Below, one piece after another: positions 52,369 to 64,000 of a stretch of 64,000 bases of DNA. The position numbers were made by a program, and so were the translations under genes. Positions within the stretch are counted from its first letter, which is position 1. Every line of letters begins with the position of its first letter. The stretch is from Octopus vulgaris (lineage: Eukaryota), in assembly GCA_951406725.2 (NCBI GenBank), contig OX597819.1:128402001-128466000 (forward strand), written 5' to 3'. The notes below the pieces were generated by a model that was not told the DNA's origin, ran no database searches, and saw only the letters and a program-made list of their open reading frames with translations.

Positions 52369-52600
52369 TATTTCTTTACTACCCACAAGGGGCTAAACAC
52401 AGAGGGGACAAACAAGGACAGACAAACGGATTAAGTCGATTACATCGACCCCAGTGCGTAAATGGTACTTATTTAATCGACCCCGAAAGGATGAAAGGCA
52501 AAGTCGACCGCGGCGGAATTTGAACTCGGAACGTAGCGGCAGACGAAATACCGCAAAGCATCTCGCCTGGCATGCTAACGATTCTGCCAGCTCACCGCCT
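52369..52600 (-). mobile_element. Young full-length Meta-like SINE
   Basis: 12-bp TSD TAATTAAATACC at 52357-52368 and 52601-52612. Confidence 0.9.
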
Positions 52601-53372
52601 TAATTAAATACCGTAAGTCAGACACTCTACCGATTCCCCCAATACACTGGCCTCGTTAATAATGATTTCTAATTTAAACACACGATTAAAAATTTTTAAG
52701 AGCGAATGCAGTCGGTCGTATTGGACGGTGAATTGGCAGAGATGTTCGAGCATCGGATATAATGTCTCGGTGTATTTGTTCTGATTCTCTGCACTCTAAG
52801 TTCAAATACCGGTGAGGTCAACTTTGTCTTTCATCCTTTCGGGGACCTTTAAAAAAAAAATAGTAACAATCCAGGACGGAGCATTTGCGGAACTGTAGGA
52901 GCGTCTGTCTGGATACTGTGCGGTATTTGTTTCGGCTATTTGGGTCCTGAGTTCAAACTCCACTGTCGTTTCAGCAATAAGTATTTAGTTGTTTAATCAG
53001 CTGAGCTGTCTCATCAAATTAACAAGTGGCTGAGTATTCCACAGACGTATGTACCCATTTATGTAATTCTCAAACAATCGGTATAGCACAACATATGACA
53101 AGTAAAATCGATCTGATTGGCTTCTACACAGTTTTGTTGTGTCAAGGGAGGGTCATTATCCCAATATTATTACCACACGCACAAGTTCAAATTCCACTCC
53201 TATATAATTAGTTACTTGGTTACAGATCCAACTAACTAATCGATTGCTCGTTTAATTTGGTTAAATAATTGTTTTTATTTGCCAACACTCTCTTATTGCT
53301 ACTTGCAACCTTTTCCGTGGTGGTGGTGGTGGTGGTGGACAAACACAGACACGAAGACACACGAAGACATAC

Positions 53373-53416
<44 letters not shown>

Positions 53417-53593
53417 AAGGCAAAGTCGACCTCGGCGGAGTTCAAATTCCGCCGAGGTCGCCTTTGCCTTTCATCCTTTCGGGGTCGATAAATAAAGTAC
53501 CAGTTTCGCACTGGGGTCGATGTAATCGACTTAATCCCTTTGTCTGTCCTTGTTTGTCCCCTCTATGTTTAGCCCCTTGTGGGCAATAAAAAA

Positions 53594-53595
<2 letters not shown>
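53417..53595 (+). mobile_element. 5'-truncated Meta-like SINE with inverted 5' segment
   Basis: AAGGCAAAGTCGACCTCGGCGGA (53417-39) is the reverse complement of the following TCCGCCGAGGTCGCCTTTGCCTT. Confidence 0.8.
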
Positions 53596-53652
<57 letters not shown>

Positions 53653-53689
53653 TGTATGTATGTGTGTCTGTGTCTGTGTGTGTGTGTGT

Positions 53690-53920
53690 GAAGGCGTATG
53701 GCTCAGTGGTTAGAGCGTCGAGCTTACGATCGTGAGGTTGTGATCACTTAGATCTTTAGCGCTTTCTCCCATTCTAGTGGGGTTTTCAAATCTCCACTAG
53801 AATGGGAGAAAGCGCTAATAATCTAAGTGATATGATATATATATAAAAAATGTAATATATAAATAAATATCTGTAAATATAAACCATCCGATCTTCTGAG
53901 TACCTCATTTCTTCTAATAT
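53690..53920 (+). other. Truncated tRNA-like SINE head joined to a 38-bp hairpin module
   Basis: GGCGTATGGCTCAGTGGTTAGAGCGTCGAGCTTACGATCGTGAGGTTGTGA stops before the B box; 53743-53780 pairs with 53794-53831; short tail then (TA)n. Confidence 0.7.
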
Positions 53921-54926
53921 ATATATATATAAAATATACGACGGACATTTTTCATTTTCGGTCAACCAAATCTAATCACAACCCTTTGGTCGACCCGAGG
54001 CTATAAAAGAAGGCACCCAAGGTCCTACACAGTAGAATTGAACCCGGAACTATGTGTTAAGAAGCAAACTTCTTGCCACATAGTAACGCCTGTGCCTGTA
54101 AGTGAGAGTGTTTACCATAACTTCAGCTTAATCCATGCCTTATATACGAAATTGTACAGATGGAAACTGTGAAGGAATCTGAAGGGTAAATTCTACTTGT
54201 AATTCAAAATGGACAGCCTTATCCCATATCATATCACGCTGGTTCTGTCTGAGGATTATATTAAAGATACACATTTGTGTGGAATACTCATCTACTGTGA
54301 TAAGTGGGTAGTTCAGTTCAAGGAACAACTGGAATGGTCAGTGTTGAAACCGATAGAAGTCCATTTACTTTTGATCTATTCACACACTGCCGAACAAGTT
54401 AACAAGAGAACCTCTACGCGGTCGCTCAACTTGCATGACTTAGCAAACAAATCTCTCTCAAATTTCACCCTACTGTCTAAAAGAAAGGAGGGCCATGTTG
54501 GAAAATATGATTTTTGGTTTGTGAGATAATAAAGGTTTCGAATTTTGGCTCAAGGCCAGCAACTTCGGGGGAGGGGTAAGTCGTTTACACCGACCCCAGT
54601 GCTGCTCAACTGGTACTTATTTTATCGATCTCGAAAGGATGAAAGGCAAAGTCAGCCTCTGCCGTTTTGTGGCTGTTCCTGGCAAATAAGATGATTATAA
54701 AGGAGCTTCCCCGTCTGTTTGATAATAGTTGTTTATAGACCTTAATATCTAAAAAAATAGATACGAATAATTTTTCCCGTAAAGTTTCTTTAAAAATAAA
54801 ACGAGAAAAGGGAAATAACTCAAATAGACTAAGGATATAAATTTGAATAAAATAAACTTTAAAATTATGCTGAAGTAAATTCATGATACAGTTTCGATTC
54901 CGAATTGAAGCAACTACCCTACACTA

Positions 54927-55158
54927 AGGTGGCGAACTGGCAGAAACGTTAGCACGCCAGGCAAAATGCTTCGCGGTATTTCGTCTGCCGCTACGTTCTG
55001 AGTTCAAATTACCCCGAGACCGACTTTGCCTTTCATCCTTTCGGGGTCGATTAAATAAGTACCAGTTATGCACTGGGGTCGATATAATCGACTTAATCCG
55101 TTTGTCTGTCCTTGTTTGTCTCCTCTGTGTTTAGCCCCTTGTGGGCAGTAAAGAAATA
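54927..55158 (+). mobile_element. Meta-like SINE
   Basis: Colinear with 34979-35212. Confidence 0.85.
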
Positions 55159-55278
55159 TCTAACCTTTTATGAACTCAAATTCCTCAAGTTGTAAAGCAA
55201 GGGCAGAATGGACAATGCAGTTTCGAGGGGATTTAAAATAAATTCATTTCCTTTGTCTCTGATGTCGTTGAGAAAATC

Positions 55279-56200
55279 TATAATAATAATAATGAAATTA
55301 CTGTATACAGTGCTCAGGTGCACCACAACTTGTCAGAAAGTGCATATAAAGTACATGCAGTAATGTAGAAATGTCTGGAAAGTGAACATGCTTGTGTGTG
55401 TATGGAGGGAGAAAATCAAGTGTAGTGTTGGCGAATCTCAGGAAGCATGGAAGTCTTGAAGGATGCAATGCTCCGACAACTAACAACCGATGCCGGCAGT
55501 TTGTTCCACGCTTCAGCAACTCTCAGCGTGAAAAAATGTTTCCTGAAGTCATGGGAGCTGTGCTGTTTTCTTACTTTGTAAATATGTCCACGGGTGTTAG
55601 ATGGGTGGAGTTTGAAGAGGTGCTCAGTGTTATTGTTTGTGCGATGGTTGATAATTTTATGGGTGTCTGCCAGGTCAGCTGCCAGACGTCGGAGTTTCAA
55701 TGTGTCCATGCCCAGGGAAGTAAGGCGTTCAGGATATGGCAAATGCCTGATGGAGGGTATTCTTTTGGTTGCACGTCGCTGAACAGCTTCCAGACGATTG
55801 ATGTCCTGGGCAAGATAGGGGTTCCAGACCGGTGATGCAAATTCCAGGTGAGGTCTTACCATAGCTATATAAAGCCGCAGATAGATAGCCGGAGAGCGGC
55901 TCACAAAGGATTTGGTGAGTGATGCCAAGACACCCTCAGCCTTCTTGACAATTTTGGCGATGTGTTTTGTCCAACGCAAATCACTGTCGACAATAACACC
56001 CAGGTCACGTTCACTTGAAGATTTTTTGAGACTAGTGTTGTGGAGGGAGTAGGTGGACGCTGGGTTTCTCCTCCCAAAATGCATGGTGGTACATTTGTCC
56101 ACAGCCAGCTTGAGTTGCCAGTCCATGATCCACTGCTGCATTGTGTCCAGGTCTGCTTGCAATAGAGATCCATAGTGTACAGGATTTGACCTCTTTATTT
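55279..56200 (-). mobile_element. 5'-truncated CR1-group LINE with uninterrupted ORF2 C-terminus
   Basis: 248-aa open frame: DLDTMQQW..DWQLKLAVDKC, ERDLGV, LYIAMVRPHLEFASPVWNP, LEAVQRRATK, FFTLRVAEAWNKLP; short 3'UTR and (ATT)n tail. Confidence 0.92.
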
Positions 56201-56912
56201 AAATCACAACTTATTTGTTACTTCCTTCTACATCCTGGGTTCTTTGTACCCAGTGGAGAAGAACTAAAACATCTGAATCCACTACTCAACTACCAGCAAT
56301 CCCAACATAGATGCTTGTCGTGACCATGTAACATTAAAATTATCAACTTGTACTAAGACACTGAACATTATTAATTTACAAAACTTATGAATTAGAAGAG
56401 ATTAAATAAGTTTATCAATTAATTAACACTAATAAGCTAAAACACAAACTTCTTATTAATTCACTCCATTACTAATGAGTGAAGCTTAAGACACACTTTT
56501 CATAATACTTACTAAACCACAAAACATTACAGTTAAGCATCTAAAAAATTTTATTCAGATAAATTCAGTTCTCATACATGTAATTAAGTGTGGGCTAACA
56601 TACTTTAAAATGAGAAGAAAAGTACTGATGACAATATTTATGCCAAAGCAGAGAACTCCGAAATTTAAATTAATTAAAACTGAAATGAAGAAAAAAAAAC
56701 AGTAAAAATTTAGTTTGATCTTTGGTGCATACAATGACAACTCTTAGAACATTTCAAACTTATTACACCTCCTCAAGAAAACAAAGACTAATGAAGTAAT
56801 TGATTCTGATATTTGGTGAATATAGTAACAACTACTGACACGTTCCAAAATTATTAGACGTCCTTAGCAAGACAGATTTTTTAGAAAGACTTTTAGAGGA
56901 TGTAGTTTATTC

Positions 56913-57307
56913 CATATTTGATTTGAGAAAAGTAATTTTTGAACCTCTGTAAAATGTTTGTTGAAGTTTTGGAATATGTATATTCGAAATGTGTTTTGAA
57001 AATGTATTTTGAAATGTTGAGAAAGGTATTTTTGAAACTCTGTTTGCTGGAATTTTATGAAAAATATTCTGAAAATGTATTTAGAAATTCGGTGAAATAT
57101 ATTGTTCTGTGGAAAAAACTGACGAAAATGTAACCTCTCGATTCCGGGGATCGAGTGGACATTTACACCTCATTTGTAATTATCTATTCATAATTCATTA
57201 TTAATTTTTTATTTTTTCTTGTCTTGTCATTAGCTATTGTTATTTTAAGTTCTCCGGATGTGCTGTCCAATTCTATGTATAACCTTTATGGTGAATAAAA
57301 AAAAATC
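56913..57307 (+). mobile_element. Retroposed polyA-tailed fragment with 16-bp TSD
   Basis: AATAAA plus A-run at ~57294-57305; TSD AGGATGTAGTTTATTC at 56897-56912 and 57308-57323. Confidence 0.75.
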
Positions 57308-57711
57308 AGGATGTAGTTTATTCGATATGTTGATGGATTGACATGTATAGTTGTTCTAGGAGTCATGTCTATCCAAAACACGACTCGTGTTTTAAATAGA
57401 CATAACACCTAGAACAACTTCTCATAAAACATTTGTAAGAACACAATACCCATGTAATTCTTAAGTCTACCTTTTTCTTTATTAAGTTCTTATTTTTTTC
57501 TTATTGTACTACAGATAAGTACTCTTTGACAACTCTGATTCTTAAAATGAACTTATTGTCATTCTGTGCGAAACGATCTTTTAGCGAATTGAATAGATAT
57601 TTTATCCCATATTAACATCTAATTTACGCCATTTTACACCGGTATCAACGTTAGAGATCTTTTGGAAACTACTCCAATTAAAGGACGAATCCTCATTCAA
57701 CCCTTTTTATG

Positions 57712-57756
<45 letters not shown>

Positions 57757-58149
57757 AAGATAGGTATGTAGGTAGGTATGTAGGTAGGTAGGTAGGTAGG
57801 TAGGTAGGTAGGTAGGTAGGTAGGTAGGGGACTACGAAGGAGTCTCAGGGAGTAGCGTCCCTGCCTTCCTGAGCTAGTTTTCCACCACATTTCTTAAAAA
57901 TCGTGGTGGAGGCCTTGGTCACAGGATCACTCATGTCTAGAAACCGAGGTTGGGGGTAAACAAGGACATGCTCCCTGTAGAAAATCAAGCTCCCAAAAAG
58001 TTTCATGGTAGCAAAGAAGAATGGACACCAGCCAGCCCAAAGGTTGGAGTGGACTGCACCTTTCTACCTAGGTTGCTATGGCATTGAGGTAGATCCGGAT
58101 TTAAAACACTGGATGATGACGATGTTATCAACGTATATATATATGCTAA

Positions 58150-58211
<62 letters not shown>

Positions 58212-58380
58212 CATACATACATACATACATACATACATACATACATACACACATACTTACATACATACATACATATATATATATATATATGCATGTATGT
58301 ATGTATATTTATATATATATATATATATATATATCAACAATAACAATGATTCCCTTACTATTTACAAATATATATATATA

Positions 58381-59442
58381 CTAGCAGAGATACCCGGCGT
58401 TGCCCGGTTACATTCAGTTGAAGAATTAGACTTTTCTGTTATATTTTCTGTATGAACTGGGATATCTTTGTTTGGAATTTCATCAAAATTGCAGATGAGG
58501 GTTATTTCCCTCTTTACACACCCTAAAAAATTGTAATCGTGCCACATGGAAACCAAAAGACGAATGATCACAATAAGCAGTCAGTTACCCTTCCCTAGTC
58601 GTTACCACTCCCAACGTAGGATTCCTCACAATCCAGGTGACAGGCACAGCCGTAAGATGCATTATGAATCTATAGCAATTGGAAGGGCGTGACCCAACTG
58701 AAATCAACATTAACAACTTTGTGACGTGAGGGCTTAGGAGAAATTAAAGTGTTACCTCTGGAGTTTGCAAATGACCACTATACTGATACGTAACTGGACA
58801 GAATGAATTTAAAATCTATAAATGTCTTTGAATAACCAGTCACTCATCTGGGAAGGCCTTGTAATCAATGTTACCATCTGGGGACTATGTGTGACCGAGT
58901 GATAATAAAAAGACTGAAAGGAGGTCTGCAATCAAATAACTTTACTCAACACTTTGCAACTGAATCAGTGGAGATAAAGATGTCGCTCATTTACTTAACA
59001 ATTTATGCACCACAATGCAGAAATCAAAATCTAAATGTATGTCAAAGCAAACTGTTACACTGTTGTACCATTGAATTAGAAATAATGCCCAACTTTTATG
59101 CTCGGGTAACCCTACAGCTTCCAAGAGCACAACTGTATTCGTTTTTGCTTAGATAAAATGACAAAATTGTGGGTGTTAAGTCCACATGGAGGGGTCTTTC
59201 TAACTTTGTAAGAAGATGAAATTTTATAAATATTACTTCATTTGTGTCTAATATCTATGGTTAAAATTTCCTCAATAGCAAAAATATATGAATTGTCATG
59301 GAGGTTAGGGCCCTTATGCTTAGAATATAATTTCCAAATTTCCTAAAGATCCATTCAGTACTTTTGACCTAGTTTTGGATCATAAAAGAAATTACTAAAA
59401 TTTGGGAGTTAAGGCTCCCATTAGGGTGTTATATACATAAAT

Positions 59443-59447
<5 letters not shown>
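58381..59447 (-). mobile_element. Non-autonomous Helitron (different internal sequence)
   Basis: Minus 3' end: hairpin ACCGGGCAACGCCGGGT then ATCTCTGCTAG|T; putative TCTATAT 5' end near 59447. Confidence 0.65.
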
Positions 59448-59533
<86 letters not shown>

Positions 59534-59771
59534 TACACACACACACACAAAGATAAATTGATAGATACAACTGAGTGAGCAAACAAAAATATGAGACACG
59601 GCCTAGTACTTTTTATGTTGATAAGCCTAGTACTTATTCTATTAGTTTGTTCTTGTGAAACCAGTAAGTTTTGTGGATGTAAATAAATGAACAGCAGCTG
59701 TGAAGCAGTGATGAGGGCGAAACACAGACACAAAGACACACACATACACTTACATATATACATATATATAC

Positions 59772-60395
59772 GATTGATTTGAGCTCAGTTTCAAGGGATA
59801 GGTTGTAGGTGACGGTAGAGCCAAGATAGGTAAACTTCTCCACCTTCTGTAGTCTGTGGTCTCCGGAGCCTTGTTACTTGCAAGGGAGTCAATATCCTTG
59901 GTGAGCTCTGCTATAGATGGCACACTGTCAAGTTCACACATGACTGGCAAGATCTTGACACCCTCGATTGCAGCCTCAGCTACCGTGGTCTCTCGTGAGT
60001 AGAGATCCTGGTAGTACTCCATCCATCTATCCATTTGCTTGCTTTGGTCCTTGATGAGATCCCCAGTAGTTGATTTCAGAGGGGCTGACTTGGTTGCGGA
60101 TGGACTGAGGGCCTTCTTCAAACCGGCATACATCCCACGGGTGTCGCCACTGTCAGCAGCTGGCTGGATACTCTGACAGATTTCCTGCCAATACCTATTT
60201 GCACAGCGTCTGGCAGTCAGTTGGGTTTTATTCCTTGCCTTTCTGAGTTCTTCGAGTGACTTTATAGAAGAATCACTCTTGTATTACATCAGAGCTGCAC
60301 GCTTTGTTTCGATAACTGTTTCCAGCTCTGAGAGCCCAGCACTGAACAAAATCTGGGTTTTGCCTTTCTCTCATGCCGAAAGTATCTATTGATGT
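59772..60395 (-). mobile_element. RTE (BovB-like) LINE internal fragment
   Basis: TARRCANRYWQ, MYAGLKKAL.P..K.APLKS.TG..I.D...QM.RW.EYY.DLYS, KAP; then EKFTYLGSTVT..LSLE.EL after an internal deletion. Confidence 0.85.
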
Positions 60396-60404
60396 CGTAT
60401 ACAA

Positions 60405-61035
60405 AGCTTTCCTGACAGTAGACTTGAGCATTGATTGTTGCACTAGGTGGTAACAATATAAAGTGAATTACGCCTTTGCAATCGCACCAGATAGAGTAGA
60501 ACCTTTTTCCCATGAAGTTCCCTTCTCGGTTGTGGTCGAGCATTTTCCCTTTTACCAAGCCACTGTTTACGACGTTTAACATTTCGATAGAAAATCCATT
60601 TTTCGTCACAAGTCTATCGATAAAGGGTGAAATGAGTTTGCGAGAATGGAGAGAAGAGCAGATGTCAACTCGGTATTTGCGGTTGCTTTCGGACAATACC
60701 TGAGGCACCTATTTTCCAAGTTTAGGAATCTTTCCATGTTATTGAAGATGACGATGAACTGTTGTATGGTTTGAAGTAAGCTTTATTGCCAATTCTTCAA
60801 CTGATAATGACGGATTTTCTTCAAGTAATGCCTCATGGAGCTTATCATCAAACTCAACTGGACATCCTATTCGATCTTCATCTTCAATTTTGCAAACGAT
60901 CTCCTGCAAGTTCTTTCATTCAAGCACTTTCCCATAAACTGAGTGTATGTTTCGAGTCACTTCGGCTGCAAAGTTACCTTTATTGTACTCACAGAATTAT
61001 ATGTGCCTTAAATGCTCCTTGGATACTTCCATGTT
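60405..61035 (-). mobile_element. mariner transposase 5' half, decayed
   Basis: Minus translation includes ED..R.G, WVP-like PQVLSE..RKYRVDICSSL, LVT.E.W, SIWCDCKGVIHFILLPPSATINAQVYCQ. Confidence 0.8.
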
Positions 61036-61060
61036 GAAAGGGTTTTAATCAAAGCAATTT

Positions 61061-61420
61061 TAGGGTGTCCACGAAGTCTGGGTACATGGAATAAAATCAT
61101 AACATTAACAAATATAAGAAATAATAACTTTCCTTTTTTACTTTTGTTTAAATTAAATTTAAAAAATACTTTACTTTTCTAAATTTATATGTCATTTTTT
61201 CTACAGAAGAAAGAATCCCAGATCGAATGATGGATCTGTCTAAAGAAGAAAGAATCGAGTTAGTATTGTTAAGTGGACGAGAGGGATGGTCTTATCGCAA
61301 AATTGCGGAAGAATTTAATCTTCGACACCCTTATAGGTAACCTATTTTTTTACTGCCTTCGGGAAATTGATCAAGAAATTTAAAGAAACAGGCAGTGTTT
61401 TGGATAAACCCCGTACCAAG
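61061..61420 (+). mobile_element. Tc1/mariner-superfamily (DUF4817 HTH-type) left end
   Basis: AGGGTGTCC TIR-like start; MDLSKEERIELVLL...SYRKIAEEFNLRHP...KLIKKFKETGSVLDKPR. Confidence 0.7.
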
Positions 61421-61479
61421 TTACCACACATATATATATATATATATTTCTAGTTGCCATGATAGATTTTTAGCCACTA

Positions 61480-61638
61480 CACACATTTTTTTTCTCCTTG
61501 TTTTTTCTGTATCCCTTTCTGTAGAAGAGCGTAGGTTCGAAATGTAAATGATTTTTCTATTCCTGAGCGTTGTACTAATACTTCTGTTTGTTTTGTACAC
61601 CACCTGTCTTCGTCTTTTGTTTTTTAGGTGATCTCTCC

Positions 61639-61640
<2 letters not shown>
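61480..61640 (+). ncRNA. Second copy of the CTGTAGA hammerhead-like mini module (more degraded)
   Basis: CTGTAGA at 61519, GAGC-GTAG-GTTC, GAAATGTA; colinear with 39772-39941; ends in (TA)n. Confidence 0.5.
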
Positions 61641-61685
<45 letters not shown>

Positions 61686-61723
61686 CATACATACATACAT
61701 ACATAAATATATATATACATATG

Positions 61724-61755
<32 letters not shown>

Positions 61756-61785
61756 CATATGTATATACATACATATTTTATATTT

Positions 61786-62160
61786 TGCTCCAGTCATTTG
61801 ATTGCACCCAAGCTGGGGAACCTTTTTTAATGCTTTTACTCGCATAAAACGACCCTAGGACTTATTTTCCCAATCCTGGAACTTATTCTATCGTTTTCTT
61901 TTTACTGAACCGCTAAGTTTTATGGACGCAAACACGCCAACACCGGTTGTCAAGTGGTGGAGGGGGAACAAACAGGAACACACACACACATAGATATATA
62001 TATACGACAGGCTTCTTTCAGTTACCATCTATCAAATCCACTCACAAATCTTTGGTTGACACGAAGCTACAGTAGATGACACTTGTCTAAGGTGCCATGC
62101 AGTGGGACTGAACCCGGAAGCATGTGGTTGGGAGCAAGCGTCTTACCACACAGTCACGCA
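61786..62160 (-). mobile_element. CORE-type SINE, diverged
   Basis: Colinear with 2011-2413. Confidence 0.75.
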
Positions 62161-62404
62161 GATAGTCATAGTCGGCGATATAGCTTGCAGCTGGCCTTGT
62201 TCGGTATGCGGTCTTGATAAGTCAAAACAATGGCGAGACATCGATGTCTGTCTCGCTTGAGCGTGGCTTACTTTCAGGTAGTTTTTGCACCAGGCGCATG
62301 GAGAATATATTCTCTTACACCTAAAAATCGCAGCCGACCCACAAACTAAAAACCGCATATACCCTGTGTATTTGCGTTCGATTTTGTTTATATTTCTATA
62401 AAAT

Positions 62405-62581
62405 AATAAATGCGCCCTTTTAAAGCCTGGCCTAGCCCGGTTTCTATGGCGTATGTGTTCCCCAGCTGGACGGGACGCCAGTCCATCGCAGCGTTACTCA
62501 TTCTTGCCTGCTGAGTGGACTGGAGCAACGTGAAATGAAGTGTTTTGCTCAAGAACACAACGCGTCGCCCGGTCCAGGAAT
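62405..62581 (-). mobile_element. 5'-truncated SINE with V-domain-like segment
   Basis: Minus: GTGTTCTTGAGCAAAACACTT...GCTGCGATGGACTGGCGTCCCGTCCAG. Confidence 0.6.
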
Positions 62582-63489
62582 GTGTATATATACGTGTATA
62601 TATACAGACAGTCGCAATGGACAAACATTTTATTCATTTTTTTCAAAATTTATTTCGTTTTACTTTATTTGTTAATCTGTTATCAGTTTCCCTAAACTTG
62701 GTATCTTGACATTTTTACTCCTTTACTTGATAGTATTCCAGCCAAATATTATTCACCTTTCAAGGAACTATTACTTGCATAAACAGAAAATAGATTTTTG
62801 AACCAAAAGTACTTCGAATCCAACCATGAAAATTGCTTTAAATATCTGGTGCAACTACCGGAAACCTTTATGATGATATTCCGAAGAGAGAGCGTTTCTA
62901 TGAGAAGCGGAAAGAAGATGCCAACAAATCGAATTTTGGCTTGAGAACTTAACAACTGTCGACCGATTTATTCAGCCTTTTAAAGATATTCTTTTTCACT
63001 AAGAATAGCTTAAGTTCAAGAAATCAATTGGAATGATTTCAATAGAATTTTTGGTTATTGTTGATGGACCCTCGGGTTAGCAACGAATAAACACGTTAGC
63101 AACGAATAAACACGTTAGCAACGAGGTTGAAGACGTCCCTTTTGTTACCATCCCATTGTTTTATATATCTAAGATTGCATTTTCCAGCGTAACCTTCCTT
63201 TTCTGTTTTAAAAACAGAAGTGTGTGATTTAGTTTCGATTCGGTTACTATTTCTAGTAAGTCAAATGACCGCATGTAGATTCTCTCATTGGCTTGTCGGA
63301 AACTTTATTCTTTAAGTGTAAGATAAACAACATTCTTCAAATTCACAATGACGAGCAGAATTGCAGATTTCACCTCTCCCGCTTCATGGAATACACTTAA
63401 ATAAATAAATAAAAATACTAATAAAAATATGAAAAAAAAGAAGGTAAAACATAAAAATAAGAAAAGGAACTGCAATGTTTGTGAGCTTT

Positions 63490-63885
<396 letters not shown>

Positions 63886-64000
63886 ATTGTATTATCGTGA
63901 TTAATTGTTACTTAGTATTTGTCTTGCCAACTTGAAAAAGTAAACTAATCTTCTAGATAATGACAGATTAAAAGTCCAGGAGGTATTTTCAAAATATAAA

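Noticed and set aside
55392-55835. 147-aa plus-strand ORF
   Set aside because: Antisense shadow of the CR1 ORF2 frame.

Overview
AT-rich, repeat-dominated eukaryotic genomic DNA, very probably an Octopus species, judged from the tRNA-derived SINE families and the density of (TA)n, (GATA)n, (ATAC)n and (ATT)n microsatellites. Most entries in the ORF track are microsatellite or SINE artefacts. Supported content includes three abundant SINE families, LINE fragments (R4/Dong-like, RTE, CR1-like), decayed DNA transposons (Tc1 DD34E, two mariner, pogo/POGK-like, hAT, a DUF4817-type remnant), three non-autonomous Helitrons and a foldback/MITE. Host-like features are a tRNA-Glu fragment, one intact 194-aa ORF with an OTU-like fold lacking its catalytic residues, and a few candidate exons and promoters. 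Four signals stand out. (1) A set of minimal type-I hammerhead-ribozyme motifs with non-canonical cores (CCGAnGA, CUGUAGA, UCGAAAA) sits in short Penelope-like modules embedded in (TA)n tracts, some at the apex of long hairpins. (2) The OTU pseudo-deubiquitinase-like ORF has a plausible promoter, 5'UTR intron and polyA signal. (3) One SINE repeatedly inserts at GGTATTT and forms head-less 184-bp tandem multimers. (4) tRNA-fragment plus hairpin cassettes occur twice. All calls are by eye, and repeat boundaries are approximate (about +/-10-30 nt) unless a TSD is given.
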